DNA of 64,000 bases from NCBI GenBank assembly GCA_002878375.1, contig NIRF01000001.1:235931-299930 (forward strand), written 5' to 3'. Source of the stretch: Dictyoglomus sp. NZ13-RE01 (GTDB taxonomy: Bacteria; Dictyoglomota; Dictyoglomia; Dictyoglomales; Dictyoglomaceae). The notes beneath the pieces were generated by a model. It was not told the DNA's origin, searched no databases, and saw only the letters and a list, made by a program, of their open reading frames with translations. The stretch's first letter is position 1. Each line of letters starts with the position of its first letter. Below are positions 1 through 10,647 of the stretch, one piece after another. The position numbers and the translations under genes were made by a program.

Positions 1-1422
1 TATGATTCTTTCTGCCTCATTATAGTATTTAACTCTTAAATTCCAACTGGATACTTTTCTTGCTTTATTAGTTAACTCATCAACCTTTGGATTCTCATAG
101 AAGCTATGATTTCCACCCTCTCCAAAGTTTGCTGAGTTGAAGAGTACCCATAGGAAGTTGTCTGGATCAATATAGTCTGCAACCCATCCAAGTCTATATA
201 CAGGAAGCTTACCTTTATCTAATAGGTCTAAGTAAACTGCCCAGTCATAATTCTGTATCTTTGCATTAATACCTATAGCTAATAAATTAGCCTGAATTGC
301 TTCCATAATTCTTTGATGAGCCTTGCTTGAGTTATAGTATATTACAACCTCAGGAAGTCCTTTTCCACCAGGATATCCTGCTTTCTCTAATAATTTCTTT
401 GCCTCTTCCACATTATAACTGAAGTTTTCTTTTGCCCAATTATATAAGTCTTTACTGAAACCAGGCATTGATGGAGGAAGAATTGTATATGCAACTTCCG
501 CTCTATTTCTTCTTATAACTTTTACAATAGAATCTTTATCTATAGCTCTCGCTATTGCCCATCTTAGATATTTGTTATCAAAGGGTTTCTGTTTTACATT
601 AAATCCTAAGTAATAAATACCAAGAATTGGTTTCGATAAGATATATGGTTTGTATTTTGGATCGTTACTTACCCTATCCCATTCAGGATCAGGAACACCC
701 GTTATATCAAGATTCCCTTTCTCAAAATTCATAAAGTCTACATTCTCATCAGGAATTATTGCCCATTCTATTGCATCGGTATATGGTCTTCCTCTAAAGT
801 ATTTTAGATTGGCTTTAACTCTTATTTTTACATCATGTTTCCATTCATCAAATATATAAGCTCCAGTTCCTACAGGCTTAGTTGCAAAATCTTTTCCAAG
901 TTTCTCAACCTCTTCCTTAGGAACAACCCAGAAACATGAATAAGTTAAAGTAGATAGGAAGGGAGCAAAAGGTTCTTTTAATGTTATTTCTAATATGTAT
1001 TTACTTTTTGCCACCACATCCTTGATTGGGTCTGTGAAGTTTGCCCTTGGTGATGCAGTCTTTGGATCCATTACTCTCTTTATTGAGTATACGAAGTCCT
1101 CTGCAGTAACTTTTCTTCCGTTATGGAAGTATACATCATCTCTTAAATAAAAGGTATACTTGAGCCCATCATTAGATATACTCCAACTTTTTGCTATAAC
1201 AGGGACTACTTTCCCATTAGGATCATATTCTACCAAACCATCAAATATTTGCCTTGCTACCTCATCGGATGCTGTATCTGTTATCATCGCAGGGTCTAAT
1301 GTTGGTGGATCATTTACCAAACTTCTTCTCAATACACCACCATATTGGGGTGTTTGAGCTAAAGAAGACCCAAATAAGGTAATTAAGAAAACTAATAAAA
1401 GAAGAATACTTATACGTTTCAT
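1..1422 (-). CDS. ABC transporter substrate-binding protein, family 5 (DppA/OppA-type peptide/nickel binding). Partial: the C-terminus lies beyond the window start.
   Basis: Absent from the ORF track because there is no stop in the window. My minus-strand translation from the ATG (rc of 1420-1422) stays open to base 1: MKRISILLLLVFLITLFGSSLAQTPQYGGVLRRSLVNDPPTLDPAMITDTASDEVARQIFDGLVEYDPNGKVVPVIAKSWSISNDGLKYTFYLRDDVYFHNG... This is a signal peptide followed by the typical family-5 SBP N-terminal block. AAGGAGG lies 6 nt upstream. Confidence 0.9.
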   Translation of the reverse strand, partial: MKRISILLLLVFLITLFGSSLAQTPQYGGVLRRSLVNDPPTLDPAMITDTASDEVARQIFDGLVEYDPNGKVVPVIAKSWSISNDGLKYTFYLRDDVYFHNGRKVTAEDFVYSIKRVMDPKTASPRANFTDPIKDVVAKSKYILEITLKEPFAPFLSTLTYSCFWVVPKEEVEKLGKDFATKPVGTGAYIFDEWKHDVKIRVKANLKYFRGRPYTDAIEWAIIPDENVDFMNFEKGNLDITGVPDPEWDRVSNDPKYKPYILSKPILGIYYLGFNVKQKPFDNKYLRWAIARAIDKDSIVKVIRRNRAEVAYTILPPSMPGFSKDLYNWAKENFSYNVEEAKKLLEKAGYPGGKGLPEVVIYYNSSKAHQRIMEAIQANLLAIGINAKIQNYDWAVYLDLLDKGKLPVYRLGWVADYIDPDNFLWVLFNSANFGEGGNHSFYENPKVDELTNKARKVSSWNLRVKYYNEAERII

Positions 1423-1484
1423 AGCATACCTCCTTACAAAATATAAACTTTTTTTGGAAAAAATTTTTTAAGTAAATCACCTCC

Positions 1485-1712
1485 TCATTTAATTAAGAAT
1501 AAAAGAGTAGAAGTAATCATGAAAAGAATTGCAAGAACTACCGTAGCTTGTTTTAAGGTTCTCTCCATTTTTCTCTTTGCTTTATAAAATACAGAAGCTC
1601 CACCACCAATGAAGCCCAAACCTTCTCCAACTTCAGATTGGAATAATATTACCGCAATTAACCCAATTGATATTAGAAAATGAAGAATCAAAAGTACTGT
1701 AAACATTCTCAT
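1485..1712 (-). CDS. secG: Preprotein translocase subunit SecG
   Basis: 75-aa two-TM protein with the glycine-rich loop GEGLGFIGGGASVF. It sits in the conserved position directly downstream of tpiA. Confidence 0.85.
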   Translation of the reverse strand: MRMFTVLLILHFLISIGLIAVILFQSEVGEGLGFIGGGASVFYKAKRKMERTLKQATVVLAILFMITSTLLFLIK

Positions 1713-1723
1713 CTCTCCTTATT

Positions 1724-2473
1724 TTAAATTTTTACTATTTCCCAAAAGCTTTTTGCCTTTAAACTTGCTCCACCCACTAAAGCGCCGTCAATTTCTGGCT
1801 GTGACAAAAATTCACCAATATTATTTGGATTTACACTCCCCCCATACTGAATTCTAACCTTTTGGGCTACCTCCTGAGAATATTTTTCCTTTATAACATT
1901 CCTAATTAAAAGGGCTACTTCATTTGCATCCTCACCTTTTGCTGAGTGCCCTGTTCCAATAGCCCATACAGGTTCGTATGCTATTACTAAATTTTGCAAT
2001 TTATCTCCATCAATTCCTTCTATTGCTTTAGAAACTTGTCTTATAATTACTTCCTCAGTTTTACCTTTCTCTCTTTCTTCCCATTTTTCTCCTACACATA
2101 GAATTGGAGTTAGTCCAAATTCATATGCAGATTTTATTTTTTTGTTTACATTTTCATCAGTCTCTCCAAAATATTGTCTTCTTTCAGAATGCCCAATAAT
2201 AACATACTCACAGTCTAAGTCTTTAAGCATTATTGGAGAAATCTCCCCCGTAAAAGCACCTTCTTTTTCCCAAAAAAGATTTTGTGCTCCTAATTTAAAA
2301 GGAGTACCTTTCAGTAAATTCCGAGCCACATAAAGGGATGTAAAGGGTGGACAAATTACTACTTCTTTATCTTCGTAATTAGAAGCAAGCTCTATAAACT
2401 CCCTTATAAATTCCTCCGTCTCATGGGTAGTCTTATACATCTTCCAGTTTGCAGCTATAATTTTTTTTCTCAT
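1724..2473 (-). CDS. tpiA: Triosephosphate isomerase
   Basis: Motifs AANWKM, IIGHSERR, AYEPVWAIGTG and YGGSV are all present. Confidence 0.97.
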   Translation of the reverse strand: MRKKIIAANWKMYKTTHETEEFIREFIELASNYEDKEVVICPPFTSLYVARNLLKGTPFKLGAQNLFWEKEGAFTGEISPIMLKDLDCEYVIIGHSERRQYFGETDENVNKKIKSAYEFGLTPILCVGEKWEEREKGKTEEVIIRQVSKAIEGIDGDKLQNLVIAYEPVWAIGTGHSAKGEDANEVALLIRNVIKEKYSQEVAQKVRIQYGGSVNPNNIGEFLSQPEIDGALVGGASLKAKSFWEIVKI

Positions 2474-2496
2474 ACTTCCTCCTTATTACACTAATC

Positions 2497-2856
2497 TTAT
2501 TGTATTAATCTTATAAGTTTGTAAATAACCTTCTTTATAGCATTTCTTATTTTCCCAAAATTTGCTCCAGGATTCGCTACAACAACTAATGTTGCAGGCT
2601 TTCCTTCAATTGGATAAATAAAAACTGCTCCCTCCTCAAATATGATTATTACTTCCTTTGTGGAACCCTTTGCTAATTCATTTCCTATCATAGTAGTAGC
2701 TCTTAACCCACCCGATGCAACAGCCCCCAGAGCCTCTGGATCTATTGAATCCTTAGTTGCTTTATCAATTACTAAACCATCATCACTGGCAAGAAGAGAA
2801 ACCTGGACACCCTCAATTTCAAGAATCTCATTTAAAATAGGTTGAAAGTCAGCCAA
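2497..2856 (-). CDS. Roadblock/LC7 (MglB-like) domain protein
   Basis: 119 aa. Typical Robl pattern: EGVQVSLLASDDGLVID...ALGAVASGGL...EVIIIFEEGAVFIYPI. Intact ORF between pgk and tpiA. Confidence 0.75.
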   Translation of the reverse strand: MADFQPILNEILEIEGVQVSLLASDDGLVIDKATKDSIDPEALGAVASGGLRATTMIGNELAKGSTKEVIIIFEEGAVFIYPIEGKPATLVVVANPGANFGKIRNAIKKVIYKLIRLIQ

Positions 2857-2874
2857 AGTCTCCCCCTCTAAATT

Positions 2875-4065
2875 TTATTTATCTTTAAGAACCGCAATAC
2901 CGGGCAAAGTTTTCCCCTCGAGAAATTCTAAAGAGGCTCCTCCACCTGTGGATATATGTGTAAATTTATCCTCAAGACCAAATTTTGCCACGGCAGATGC
3001 GGTATCTCCACCTCCCACAATACTTACACAATTCTTATTATTGGCAATAGCCTCTGCAATCTTCTTCGTTCCCTCAGCAAATTTGTCCATCTCGAATATT
3101 CCCATTGGTCCATTCCAAATAATAGTCTTTGCATTTTTAATCTCTTCAACAAACTTACTTATAGAATTTGGACCGATATCTACACCTATATCATCTGGTG
3201 CAAATTCCCCCATTTTCTTTATAGTAGTCTCTGTATTCTCAGAAATTTCTTTTACTACAACTGCATCATCTGCAATAATAAGTTTTACTCCCTTTTCTTT
3301 TGCCATATTTATAAATTCCTTAGCTAACTCTATTTTATCTTCTTCCAGTTTTGATTTACCTACTTCATATCCAAGAGCCTTCCAAAAAGTAAACATCATT
3401 CCTCCACCAATTAGTAACGCATCTACCTTACCAAGAAGATTCTGAATAACTCCTATCTTATCAGAAACCTTTGCACCACCCAAAATACATACAAAGGGTC
3501 TTTCTGGACTCTCTAACGCCTTTCCCATAATTTCTATTTCTTTTTTTACCAATAAACCAGCATAAGCAGGTAAATATTGAGCAACACCAGCAGTTGAGGC
3601 ATGGGCTCTATGAACAGTACCAAAAGCGTCACTTACATAAATATCTCCTAATTTTGCTAATTTCTTGGCAAATTCAGGATCATTTGCCTCTTCCTCTTTA
3701 TAGAATCTAACATTCTCCAATAAAATTACTTCCCCTGGTTTCATATTATTTACTTCTTTTTCAACTTCCTCACCAATACAATCATTAAGTTTTTTCACTG
3801 GTCTTCCTAAAAGCTCACTTAATCTTTTTGCTACAGGATCAAGACGTAAATCATCCTGAAATCCCTTTGGTCTTCCTAAATGAGACATAAGAATAACTTT
3901 TGCCTGTTTTTCTATTAGGTATTGAATTGTAGGTAAGGCTTCTCTAATCCTTCTATCATCTGTAATAACTCCGTTCTTTATAGGAACATTAAAATCAACT
4001 CTTACTAATACCCTCTTTCCCCTCAGTTCTTCATCCTTTAAATCCAATATCGTCATTTTAGCCAT
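2875..4065 (-). CDS. pgk: Phosphoglycerate kinase
   Basis: Motifs [15 protein letters not shown] and [13 protein letters not shown]. The ORF track begins at a TTG (4071). The ATG at 4065 is 8 nt downstream of GGGAGG and is preferred. Confidence 0.96.
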   Translation of the reverse strand: MAKMTILDLKDEELRGKRVLVRVDFNVPIKNGVITDDRRIREALPTIQYLIEKQAKVILMSHLGRPKGFQDDLRLDPVAKRLSELLGRPVKKLNDCIGEEVEKEVNNMKPGEVILLENVRFYKEEEANDPEFAKKLAKLGDIYVSDAFGTVHRAHASTAGVAQYLPAYAGLLVKKEIEIMGKALESPERPFVCILGGAKVSDKIGVIQNLLGKVDALLIGGGMMFTFWKALGYEVGKSKLEEDKIELAKEFINMAKEKGVKLIIADDAVVVKEISENTETTIKKMGEFAPDDIGVDIGPNSISKFVEEIKNAKTIIWNGPMGIFEMDKFAEGTKKIAEAIANNKNCVSIVGGGDTASAVAKFGLEDKFTHISTGGGASLEFLEGKTLPGIAVLKDK

Positions 4066-4126
4066 TATCAATTCCTCCCTTCTTTTAAGAATATTATAGA
4101 ATTGTGAGTTTTTTTGTCAAATGAAA

Positions 4127-5098
4127 TTAATATAAAAACTTATTAATTATGAATTTTGCTAATTTATCAGGATCGTGTCTAACCATATCATTTTCATATA
4201 TAAATTCACCCGTTAAAACCTCAACATCAAATTTTCCAAAATTCTCAATATCTGGATAAACTATATCTGCCCCTACAGCTCTATACTTTTTCAATAACTC
4301 TTCCTTTGGCACTTGAGTATTTATTATAACATAATCTACAGGAACAAACCCCAAATGCTCCACTATTACCCTTAAATGATCAGAGGCAGAGAAACCAATA
4401 GTCTCAAAAGGTTGAGTCATTACGTTACATATATAAACCTTTGGTACATTCACTTTTTTAAGAACATTCTTGATATCTTCAATCAAAAGGTTAGGAAGAA
4501 TACTTGTGTAAAGACTACCAGGTCCAATTACTATTAAATGCGAATTTTTCAATGCATATAATGCCTCTGGTGTTGCTGTGATAGGGGTATCAGATACTAA
4601 AAAAAGTCTTTTTATCCTGCTTTTATGATATGAGGAGATAGCTGTTTCTCCAATTATTTCCTCACCGTTTTCAAACAATGCCTTAAGTTTTACTTTACAC
4701 AAGGTTGATGGAAAAACCTGTCCTTTTATAGCTAATACCTTACTTGCCTCCTTAATCCCTAAAAGAAAATCCCCAAGAATATCCGCCATTGCTGCAAGAA
4801 ACAAATTCCCAAAAGAGTGTCCCTTCAATTCTCCATTATTAAATCTATACTGGAACAGTTTTGTCATTAATGCTTCTTCATCAGCTAAAGCGACAAGACA
4901 ATTTCTAATATCACCAGGTGGTAGAATATCTAAATCCCTTCTTAATCTTCCAGAGCTTCCCCCATCATCACTTACTGTAACGATAGCATTAAGCTTTAGA
5001 GGATATTTCTTCAATCCTCTTAATACTGTTGAGAGCCCTGTTCCTCCACCAATTATAGTTACGCTTTTCAATTCTTTCTTATGATACATCCTTATCAA
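4127..5098 (-). CDS. YvcK-like gluconeogenesis factor (CofD/UPF0052 family)
   Basis: Motifs IIGGGTGLSTVLRGLK, TVSDDGGSSGRLR and GPGSLYTSILPNLL. An alternative ATG lies at 5089. Confidence 0.9.
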   Translation of the reverse strand: MIRMYHKKELKSVTIIGGGTGLSTVLRGLKKYPLKLNAIVTVSDDGGSSGRLRRDLDILPPGDIRNCLVALADEEALMTKLFQYRFNNGELKGHSFGNLFLAAMADILGDFLLGIKEASKVLAIKGQVFPSTLCKVKLKALFENGEEIIGETAISSYHKSRIKRLFLVSDTPITATPEALYALKNSHLIVIGPGSLYTSILPNLLIEDIKNVLKKVNVPKVYICNVMTQPFETIGFSASDHLRVIVEHLGFVPVDYVIINTQVPKEELLKKYRAVGADIVYPDIENFGKFDVEVLTGEFIYENDMVRHDPDKLAKFIINKFLY

Positions 5099-5960
5099 TA
5101 TCTCTATGAAAAACTTTTACATAATATTTTGAGGACAAATAATCCTTTAATTCTTCAGCAATAACAACCGCTCTGTGTCTTCCTCCAGTACAGCCTATAG
5201 ATATGTTAAGATAAGTTTTTCCCTCTTCCTGATACAACGGGATTAAAAAATCAAGAAGATTCTTTAGTTTGTTAAGAAACTCTTGAGTTTCTTTTCTCTC
5301 CAATACAAAATTTTTTACTTCCTTATCGAGTCCTGAAAGCTTTCTTAAATTTGGGTCATAAAAAGGATTAGGTAAAAATCTAACATCAAAGATTAAATGA
5401 GAGTCCAATGGAATTCCATATTTAAATCCAAAGGAGTATATTGTAATATTTAAATTTATTTTTAAGTTATATCCAAAATCTTCAATATATTGCAATATGA
5501 TCTCTTTTAATTCCTTTGTCGTAGTTTTACTTGTATCAATAATGTAAGTTGCTAAGCTCCTTATGTCATTTAATCTTTCTTTTTCTAACCTAATACTCTC
5601 TAAAATACTTCTTCCCTCTTTTAATAAAGGATGTCTTCTCCTCGTCTCATTATATCTCCTAATTAAAACTTCTTCGTCCGCTTCTAAGAATAAAAGTATA
5701 TATTTAGGAATAATCTTTTTTAGATCATTTAAGACGTCTCTAAAATTTTGAAGAAATTCCTCACTTCTAATATCAGAAACTAAAGCCACTTGGGATATTT
5801 TCCCATCAGTATTCATACATAAATCCACTAAAGTAGGTATCAAATTAGGTGGTAGATTATCAACACAGAAAAATCCACTATCCTCTAAAATATGTAATAC
5901 TTGAGATTTTCCTGCGCCAGAAAGCCCTGTAATAATTATTAGCTGAAAATCATTCCTCAT
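5079..5960 (-). CDS. rapZ: RNase adapter / nucleotide-binding protein RapZ (YvcJ)
   Basis: N-terminal Walker A ITGLSGAGKS, C-terminal block GCTGGRHRAV. Conserved pairing with yvcK. Confidence 0.93.
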   Translation of the reverse strand: MRNDFQLIIITGLSGAGKSQVLHILEDSGFFCVDNLPPNLIPTLVDLCMNTDGKISQVALVSDIRSEEFLQNFRDVLNDLKKIIPKYILLFLEADEEVLIRRYNETRRRHPLLKEGRSILESIRLEKERLNDIRSLATYIIDTSKTTTKELKEIILQYIEDFGYNLKINLNITIYSFGFKYGIPLDSHLIFDVRFLPNPFYDPNLRKLSGLDKEVKNFVLERKETQEFLNKLKNLLDFLIPLYQEEGKTYLNISIGCTGGRHRAVVIAEELKDYLSSKYYVKVFHRDIDKDVS

Positions 5961-6033
5961 AGACTTTATTATATCTTATTTTTGATATAAAATAAATACT
6001 AAGTTTAATTTATTTTGGAGGGATAAAGGAAGG

Positions 6034-7959
6034 ATGAATAAAAAAGCAATAAACGAAATATCAGTAATGCCAAAAAAAGAAAGAAAATTTTGGAAGGTTT
6101 TAAAATTTACAATTCTTACAGCTTTAATTTTAGTACTAATTTCTTTTACCTTTGCTTCCATATACGTAGTATCTGTACTAAAATCCGCTCCATCCATTGA
6201 GAAATGGACGGAGATAAGACCAAGTCAAACAACAATTATATATAGCAGTGACAATAAAATCTTAGGAAGGATCTATAAAGAGAATAGAATAATTGTTCCC
6301 CTCTATAAAATATCTCCATATTTACAAAAAGCAGTAATTGCTTCTGAAGATAAAGACTTCTATAACCATTCAGGAGTTAGCATAAGAGGAACAATTAGGG
6401 CTTTATGGAAAGATTTAACTGGTACAGGACCTTTGCAAGGAGGAAGTACAATAACACAACAAGTAGCTAAACTACTATTCTTGTCTCCAGAAAGAACCAT
6501 AAGAAGAAAAATACAGGAAATTTACATTGCAACAAAATTAGAAAAATATTACACAAAACAGGAAATATTAGAGATATATTTGAATTTAGTTTACTGGGGA
6601 AATGGAGCATACGGTGCGGAGTCTGCAGCACAAACATACTTTGGAAAATCTGCAAAGGATCTAAATTTAGAGGAAAGTGCAATGCTTGCTGGAATACTCC
6701 CTGCACCTGAGTTATACAATCCCTTCAAAAATATTGAAAAGGCAAAACAATTAAGAAACATTGTCTTAGAAAAAATGTTAGAAGAAGGTTATATAAGCCA
6801 AGAAGAGTTTAAAAAGGCATATAACTCTCCAATTAAGTTAATAACTAAAAAAACATCCCAATATCTTGCTCCATATTTTTTTAATTATGTCCTCAAAGAA
6901 TTAATTCAAAGATTTGGTGAAGAAACAGTTTATAAAGGTGGATTAAAAGTATACACAACGCTTGATCTAAATTTACAAAAATTTGCGGAGGATGCATTAA
7001 ACAAAATTATTAATAAATATGGCAAAGACTACCATGTAAGCCAGGGAGCATTAATTGCTATAGAACCTAATACGGGATATATTAGAGCATATGTAGGAGG
7101 ATTAGATTATAATAAAAGCCAGTTTGATAGGGTAAGTCAAGCAAAAAGACAACCTGGTTCAGCTTTCAAACCTTTTGTTTATCTCACTGCTATTCAGAGG
7201 GGATTTAAGCCCACAGATCTTCTTGAGGAAAGAGAGATATCCTATAAATTTGCAGGAAAAGTATGGAAGCCTCAAAACTATGATCAGAAATTACATGGAA
7301 CAGTAACTTTAGAGGAAGCTTTAAAAAATTCTTACAATATAGCTACGATTATGTTATTAGAAGAGATAGGCGTGAGCGATGTTATAAAAAATGTAAAGAA
7401 AATGGGCATAGAAAGCGAAATAGAGCCAAGCTTAGCATTAGCTTTAGGATCGTATGTTGTTACACCATTAGAGCTAACAAGAGCCTACGCATGTATTGCA
7501 AATGGTGGATATAGAATAAATCCTATTGCCATACTGAGGGTTGAAGATAGCAAAGGGAATATACTTCTTTCAAATGAACCTCAATTAACAAAAGTTCTAG
7601 ATACAGAGGTAGTAGCTACTTTGGTAAAGATGATGAAAAAAGTCATATTGGAAGGGACAGGGACAAGAGCAAATATAGGCAGACCATGTGCTGGAAAAAC
7701 TGGAACTACTGATGATTATAGGGATGCATGGTTTATCGGATTTACTCCCGATCTTTGTACAGGCGTTTGGGTAGGAAATGATGACTATTCTCAAACCAAA
7801 AAAGTTGTAGGAGGATTTATTCCTGCTTTGATTTGGAGAGAATTTATGTCAAATGCTTTAAAAGATAAGCCGGCAAAAGACTTTGACTTTTTATATGCTC
7901 CTCCCCCAGAGGAAACATATACGGATACTCAAAGCCAAACAGAAACTAAAGCTCCATAG
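6034..7959 (+). CDS. Class A penicillin-binding protein (PBP1A family glycosyltransferase/transpeptidase)
   Basis: N-terminal membrane anchor. GT51 motifs [10 protein letters not shown] and GGSTITQQ. Transpeptidase motifs SAFKP and KTGTT. Confidence 0.95.
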   Translation: MNKKAINEISVMPKKERKFWKVLKFTILTALILVLISFTFASIYVVSVLKSAPSIEKWTEIRPSQTTIIYSSDNKILGRIYKENRIIVPLYKISPYLQKAVIASEDKDFYNHSGVSIRGTIRALWKDLTGTGPLQGGSTITQQVAKLLFLSPERTIRRKIQEIYIATKLEKYYTKQEILEIYLNLVYWGNGAYGAESAAQTYFGKSAKDLNLEESAMLAGILPAPELYNPFKNIEKAKQLRNIVLEKMLEEGYISQEEFKKAYNSPIKLITKKTSQYLAPYFFNYVLKELIQRFGEETVYKGGLKVYTTLDLNLQKFAEDALNKIINKYGKDYHVSQGALIAIEPNTGYIRAYVGGLDYNKSQFDRVSQAKRQPGSAFKPFVYLTAIQRGFKPTDLLEEREISYKFAGKVWKPQNYDQKLHGTVTLEEALKNSYNIATIMLLEEIGVSDVIKNVKKMGIESEIEPSLALALGSYVVTPLELTRAYACIANGGYRINPIAILRVEDSKGNILLSNEPQLTKVLDTEVVATLVKMMKKVILEGTGTRANIGRPCAGKTGTTDDYRDAWFIGFTPDLCTGVWVGNDDYSQTKKVVGGFIPALIWREFMSNALKDKPAKDFDFLYAPPPEETYTDTQSQTETKAP

Positions 7960-8575
7960 GATCTTTATGTCTTCTTATAAGTTCCTTAATAATATCCCTT
8001 AAGGAAAGATCTTTTGATACTAAAGCAATTAGTAAATGGTATAAAAGATCTGATGCCTCATAGATTAGCTCTTCTTTTTTATTTTTAATGCCTGAAATAA
8101 CTGTCTCTATAGCTTCTTCTCCAACCTTCTGAAATATCCTCTCTTCACCCTCCCTAAAAAGCTCCGCAGTATAAGATCCCTCAGGTAATTTTTCTTTTCT
8201 ATCTTTAATTACTTCTTCCAAATGAAACAAAAAATTTTCTTCTAAATTTTTAATTCCTCTAAAAAAGCAACTGAAATTTCCTGTATGACATGCCACACCT
8301 ATCTGCTCAACCATTAACAAAAGAGTATCTCCATCACAATCTATTTTTATATCCTTCACTTTTTGTATATTACCAGAGGTTTCGCCCTTATGCCATAACT
8401 CTTTTCTACTTCTACTCCAATACCAGGCTTCTTTTGTTTCAATCGTCTTTATCAATGCTTCTTTATTCATATAAGCAAGCATTAATACCCTTCCAGTAAT
8501 ATAATCCTGTACTATGACTGGAATTAATCCTTTCTCATCAAATCTTACCAAACTTACAAGTTCATCAAAATCCAT
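7946..8575 (-). CDS. hisI: Bifunctional phosphoribosyl-AMP cyclohydrolase / phosphoribosyl-ATP pyrophosphatase
   Basis: The HisI part contains [22 protein letters not shown]. The HisE part contains SYTAELF...EASDLLYHL. Last gene of the his operon. Confidence 0.95.
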   Translation of the reverse strand: MDFDELVSLVRFDEKGLIPVIVQDYITGRVLMLAYMNKEALIKTIETKEAWYWSRSRKELWHKGETSGNIQKVKDIKIDCDGDTLLLMVEQIGVACHTGNFSCFFRGIKNLEENFLFHLEEVIKDRKEKLPEGSYTAELFREGEERIFQKVGEEAIETVISGIKNKKEELIYEASDLLYHLLIALVSKDLSLRDIIKELIRRHKDPMEL

Positions 8576-8577
8576 TA

Positions 8578-9336
8578 TTACACCTCTCTAATATGTACAT
8601 TCTTATTTTTCAAATAATCTTTTACTTCTTTCACAGTGTATTCACCGTAGTGAAAAATAGATGCAGCAAGCACTGCATCAGCACCAGACATTAAAGCTAA
8701 ATAAAGATCTTCAAGCGAACCTGCACCACCTGATGCTATTAATGGAATATTTAATATAGAAGATGCTCTTTTTATTAAATCCAAATCGTAACCTCTTCTA
8801 TGACCATCCGCATCTATACTCGTTAATAAAATTTCTCCAGCTCCCCTATTCTGCACCTCTCTCAGCCATTCAAAAACATCTATTCCTGTAGACTCCTTTC
8901 CACTTTTAATATATACCTCCCATTTACCTTGTGAAATCCTCTTAGCATCCACAGCAATAACCAGGCATTGACTTCCAAATTCATCTCTTACCCTATTTAT
9001 TATCTCAGGATTTAATACAGCAAAGGTATTTAAGGAAACTTTATCCGCTCCAGCCCTTAATAAATTACGAATATCTTCTATACTCTTAATCCCGCCCCCC
9101 ACTGTTAAAGGTATAAAAATCCTTTTTGCAATATCTTCTACAAGCTTTAAAAAGGTCTTTCTATTTTCCAGTGTTGCAGTTATATCTAACAAAACTAATT
9201 CATCCGCTCCTTCTTTTTCATATCTTTCTGCAAATTCTATGGCAGGACCTATCACCTGAAGGTTTTCAAAACTCCTTCCTTTAACTACATTTTCACCAAT
9301 TGTATCAAGACAGGGTATAATTCTTTTTGCTAACAT
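8578..9336 (-). CDS. hisF: Imidazole glycerol phosphate synthase cyclase subunit
   Basis: Motifs [21 protein letters not shown] and ASGGAG. Confidence 0.97.
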   Translation of the reverse strand: MLAKRIIPCLDTIGENVVKGRSFENLQVIGPAIEFAERYEKEGADELVLLDITATLENRKTFLKLVEDIAKRIFIPLTVGGGIKSIEDIRNLLRAGADKVSLNTFAVLNPEIINRVRDEFGSQCLVIAVDAKRISQGKWEVYIKSGKESTGIDVFEWLREVQNRGAGEILLTSIDADGHRRGYDLDLIKRASSILNIPLIASGGAGSLEDLYLALMSGADAVLAASIFHYGEYTVKEVKDYLKNKNVHIREV

Positions 9337-10046
9337 ATAAACTCTCCTAAATCTATTTTTCCTTCATATAATGCTCTTCCAACAATTACTCCTTTTATTC
9401 GATTTCCATAGTCACCATTAATCTCTTTAAGCTTTTCAATATCCATGGTAGAAGATATACCACCTGCAATCCATAAGTAAAAATTTGTATTTTCTAACAC
9501 ATTTCTTATTAGTTTCACGTTAATTCCTTGTAGAGTACCATCTCTACTAACATCTGTAAAAATTACCTCCCTAAAACCTGCGTACTCTATCTTATCTATT
9601 ACTTCATTCCATGATATGTTCTCTTTCCATCCTTTAATTACCACAGAATTTCCCATCACATCTATACTTGGTATAATTTTTTCTCCAAATTGGAGCCTTA
9701 AATTTCTTAAAAAATCTTTATTCTCCTTTAATAAACTACTGAAAATGACTCGCCAAGCACCAAAAGATAAAATTTTTTCAATTTTTTCTATGGTTCTAAT
9801 ACCTCCTCCTACCTCAACAGGTATTGGGATATTTTTTATTATCTTTTCAATTATTGGAAGACTTTCTTCATCTCCAACTATGGCGCCCTGTAAATCAATC
9901 ACATGTAATGCTTTAGCGCCTTTCTTATACCAGTAAAAAGCCACATCAAAGGGATTTTCTAAACTAAAAAGGATTTTACTCTCTCTCCCTTGTTCCATTC
10001 TCACAGTCTTGCCTTGGTAAATATCAACAGCAGGAATAACTATCAT
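9330..10046 (-). CDS. hisA: ProFAR isomerase (1-(5-phosphoribosyl)-5-[(5-phosphoribosylamino)methylideneamino]imidazole-4-carboxamide isomerase)
   Basis: MIVIPAVDIYQGKTVRM..VGGGIR..GVIVGRALYEG. The track start (10061) is a TTG. ATG 10046 gives the canonical N-terminus. Confidence 0.93.
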   Translation of the reverse strand: MIVIPAVDIYQGKTVRMEQGRESKILFSLENPFDVAFYWYKKGAKALHVIDLQGAIVGDEESLPIIEKIIKNIPIPVEVGGGIRTIEKIEKILSFGAWRVIFSSLLKENKDFLRNLRLQFGEKIIPSIDVMGNSVVIKGWKENISWNEVIDKIEYAGFREVIFTDVSRDGTLQGINVKLIRNVLENTNFYLWIAGGISSTMDIEKLKEINGDYGNRIKGVIVGRALYEGKIDLGEFIC

Positions 10047-10647
10047 ATACATGCTCCACAAAGTTTTTTATTATCTTTAGTCCCAAGGTACTACTTTTTT
10101 CAGGATGAAACTGTACACCAAAAATATTATCCTTCTGAATTATGGATGGAAATGTGCCCTCATAATCGGTTAAACCTACAATGATGTCTTTTTCACATTC
10201 TACATAATAAGAATGTACAAAATAAAAGAAAGAATTATTAGGGATATCTTTTAAAATGACAGAAGGATTAATAATCTCTACCTGATTCCAACCAAGATGT
10301 GGAAGTTTAAAGCTCTTCAATTTCTTTACTTTACCCTTCAAAATACTTAGCCCTTTCATTTCCATATCTACCGCCTCTTCGCTTTCTTCAAATAAAATCT
10401 GCATACCCAAGCATATACCCAAATAGGGTTTCTCTCCAAGTAAATCCTTCAATGTATAAAAATTCCCATTCAGACGCAAGTTTTCTACTGCTTGTACAAA
10501 ATTCCCTTGCCCAGGAAAAACTAAAGCATTACTTTTCTCCCACTCTCTTGGATCAGAAGAAATTTCAGCTCTTATTTTTAAAAAATCAAAAGCCTTTTTA
10601 ATACTAAATAAATTTCCTCCACCATAATCAATAATGGCTATTTTCAT
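10024..10647 (-). CDS. hisH: Imidazole glycerol phosphate synthase glutamine amidotransferase subunit
   Basis: IAIIDYGGGN, the catalytic GICLGMQ, and FGVQFHPEKS. Confidence 0.96.
   Translation of the reverse strand: MKIAIIDYGGGNLFSIKKAFDFLKIRAEISSDPREWEKSNALVFPGQGNFVQAVENLRLNGNFYTLKDLLGEKPYLGICLGMQILFEESEEAVDMEMKGLSILKGKVKKLKSFKLPHLGWNQVEIINPSVILKDIPNNSFFYFVHSYYVECEKDIIVGLTDYEGTFPSIIQKDNIFGVQFHPEKSSTLGLKIIKNFVEHVYDSYSCC

Noticed and set aside
2948-3445. 165-aa and 123-aa plus-strand ORFs inside pgk. Similar antisense ORFs occur at 9616-9936, 13268-13567, 22905-23222, 37187-37477, 54187-54543 and 58996-59316.
   Set aside because: All lie fully antisense to strongly supported conserved genes. 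They are low-complexity (S/F/I/L-rich), lack an RBS and have no recognisable motifs. They are shadow ORFs.
5976-6197. 73-aa minus-strand ORF at the rapZ/PBP1A divergent region
   Set aside because: It mostly overlaps the well-supported PBP1A N-terminus on the opposite strand, and has no RBS and no motif.
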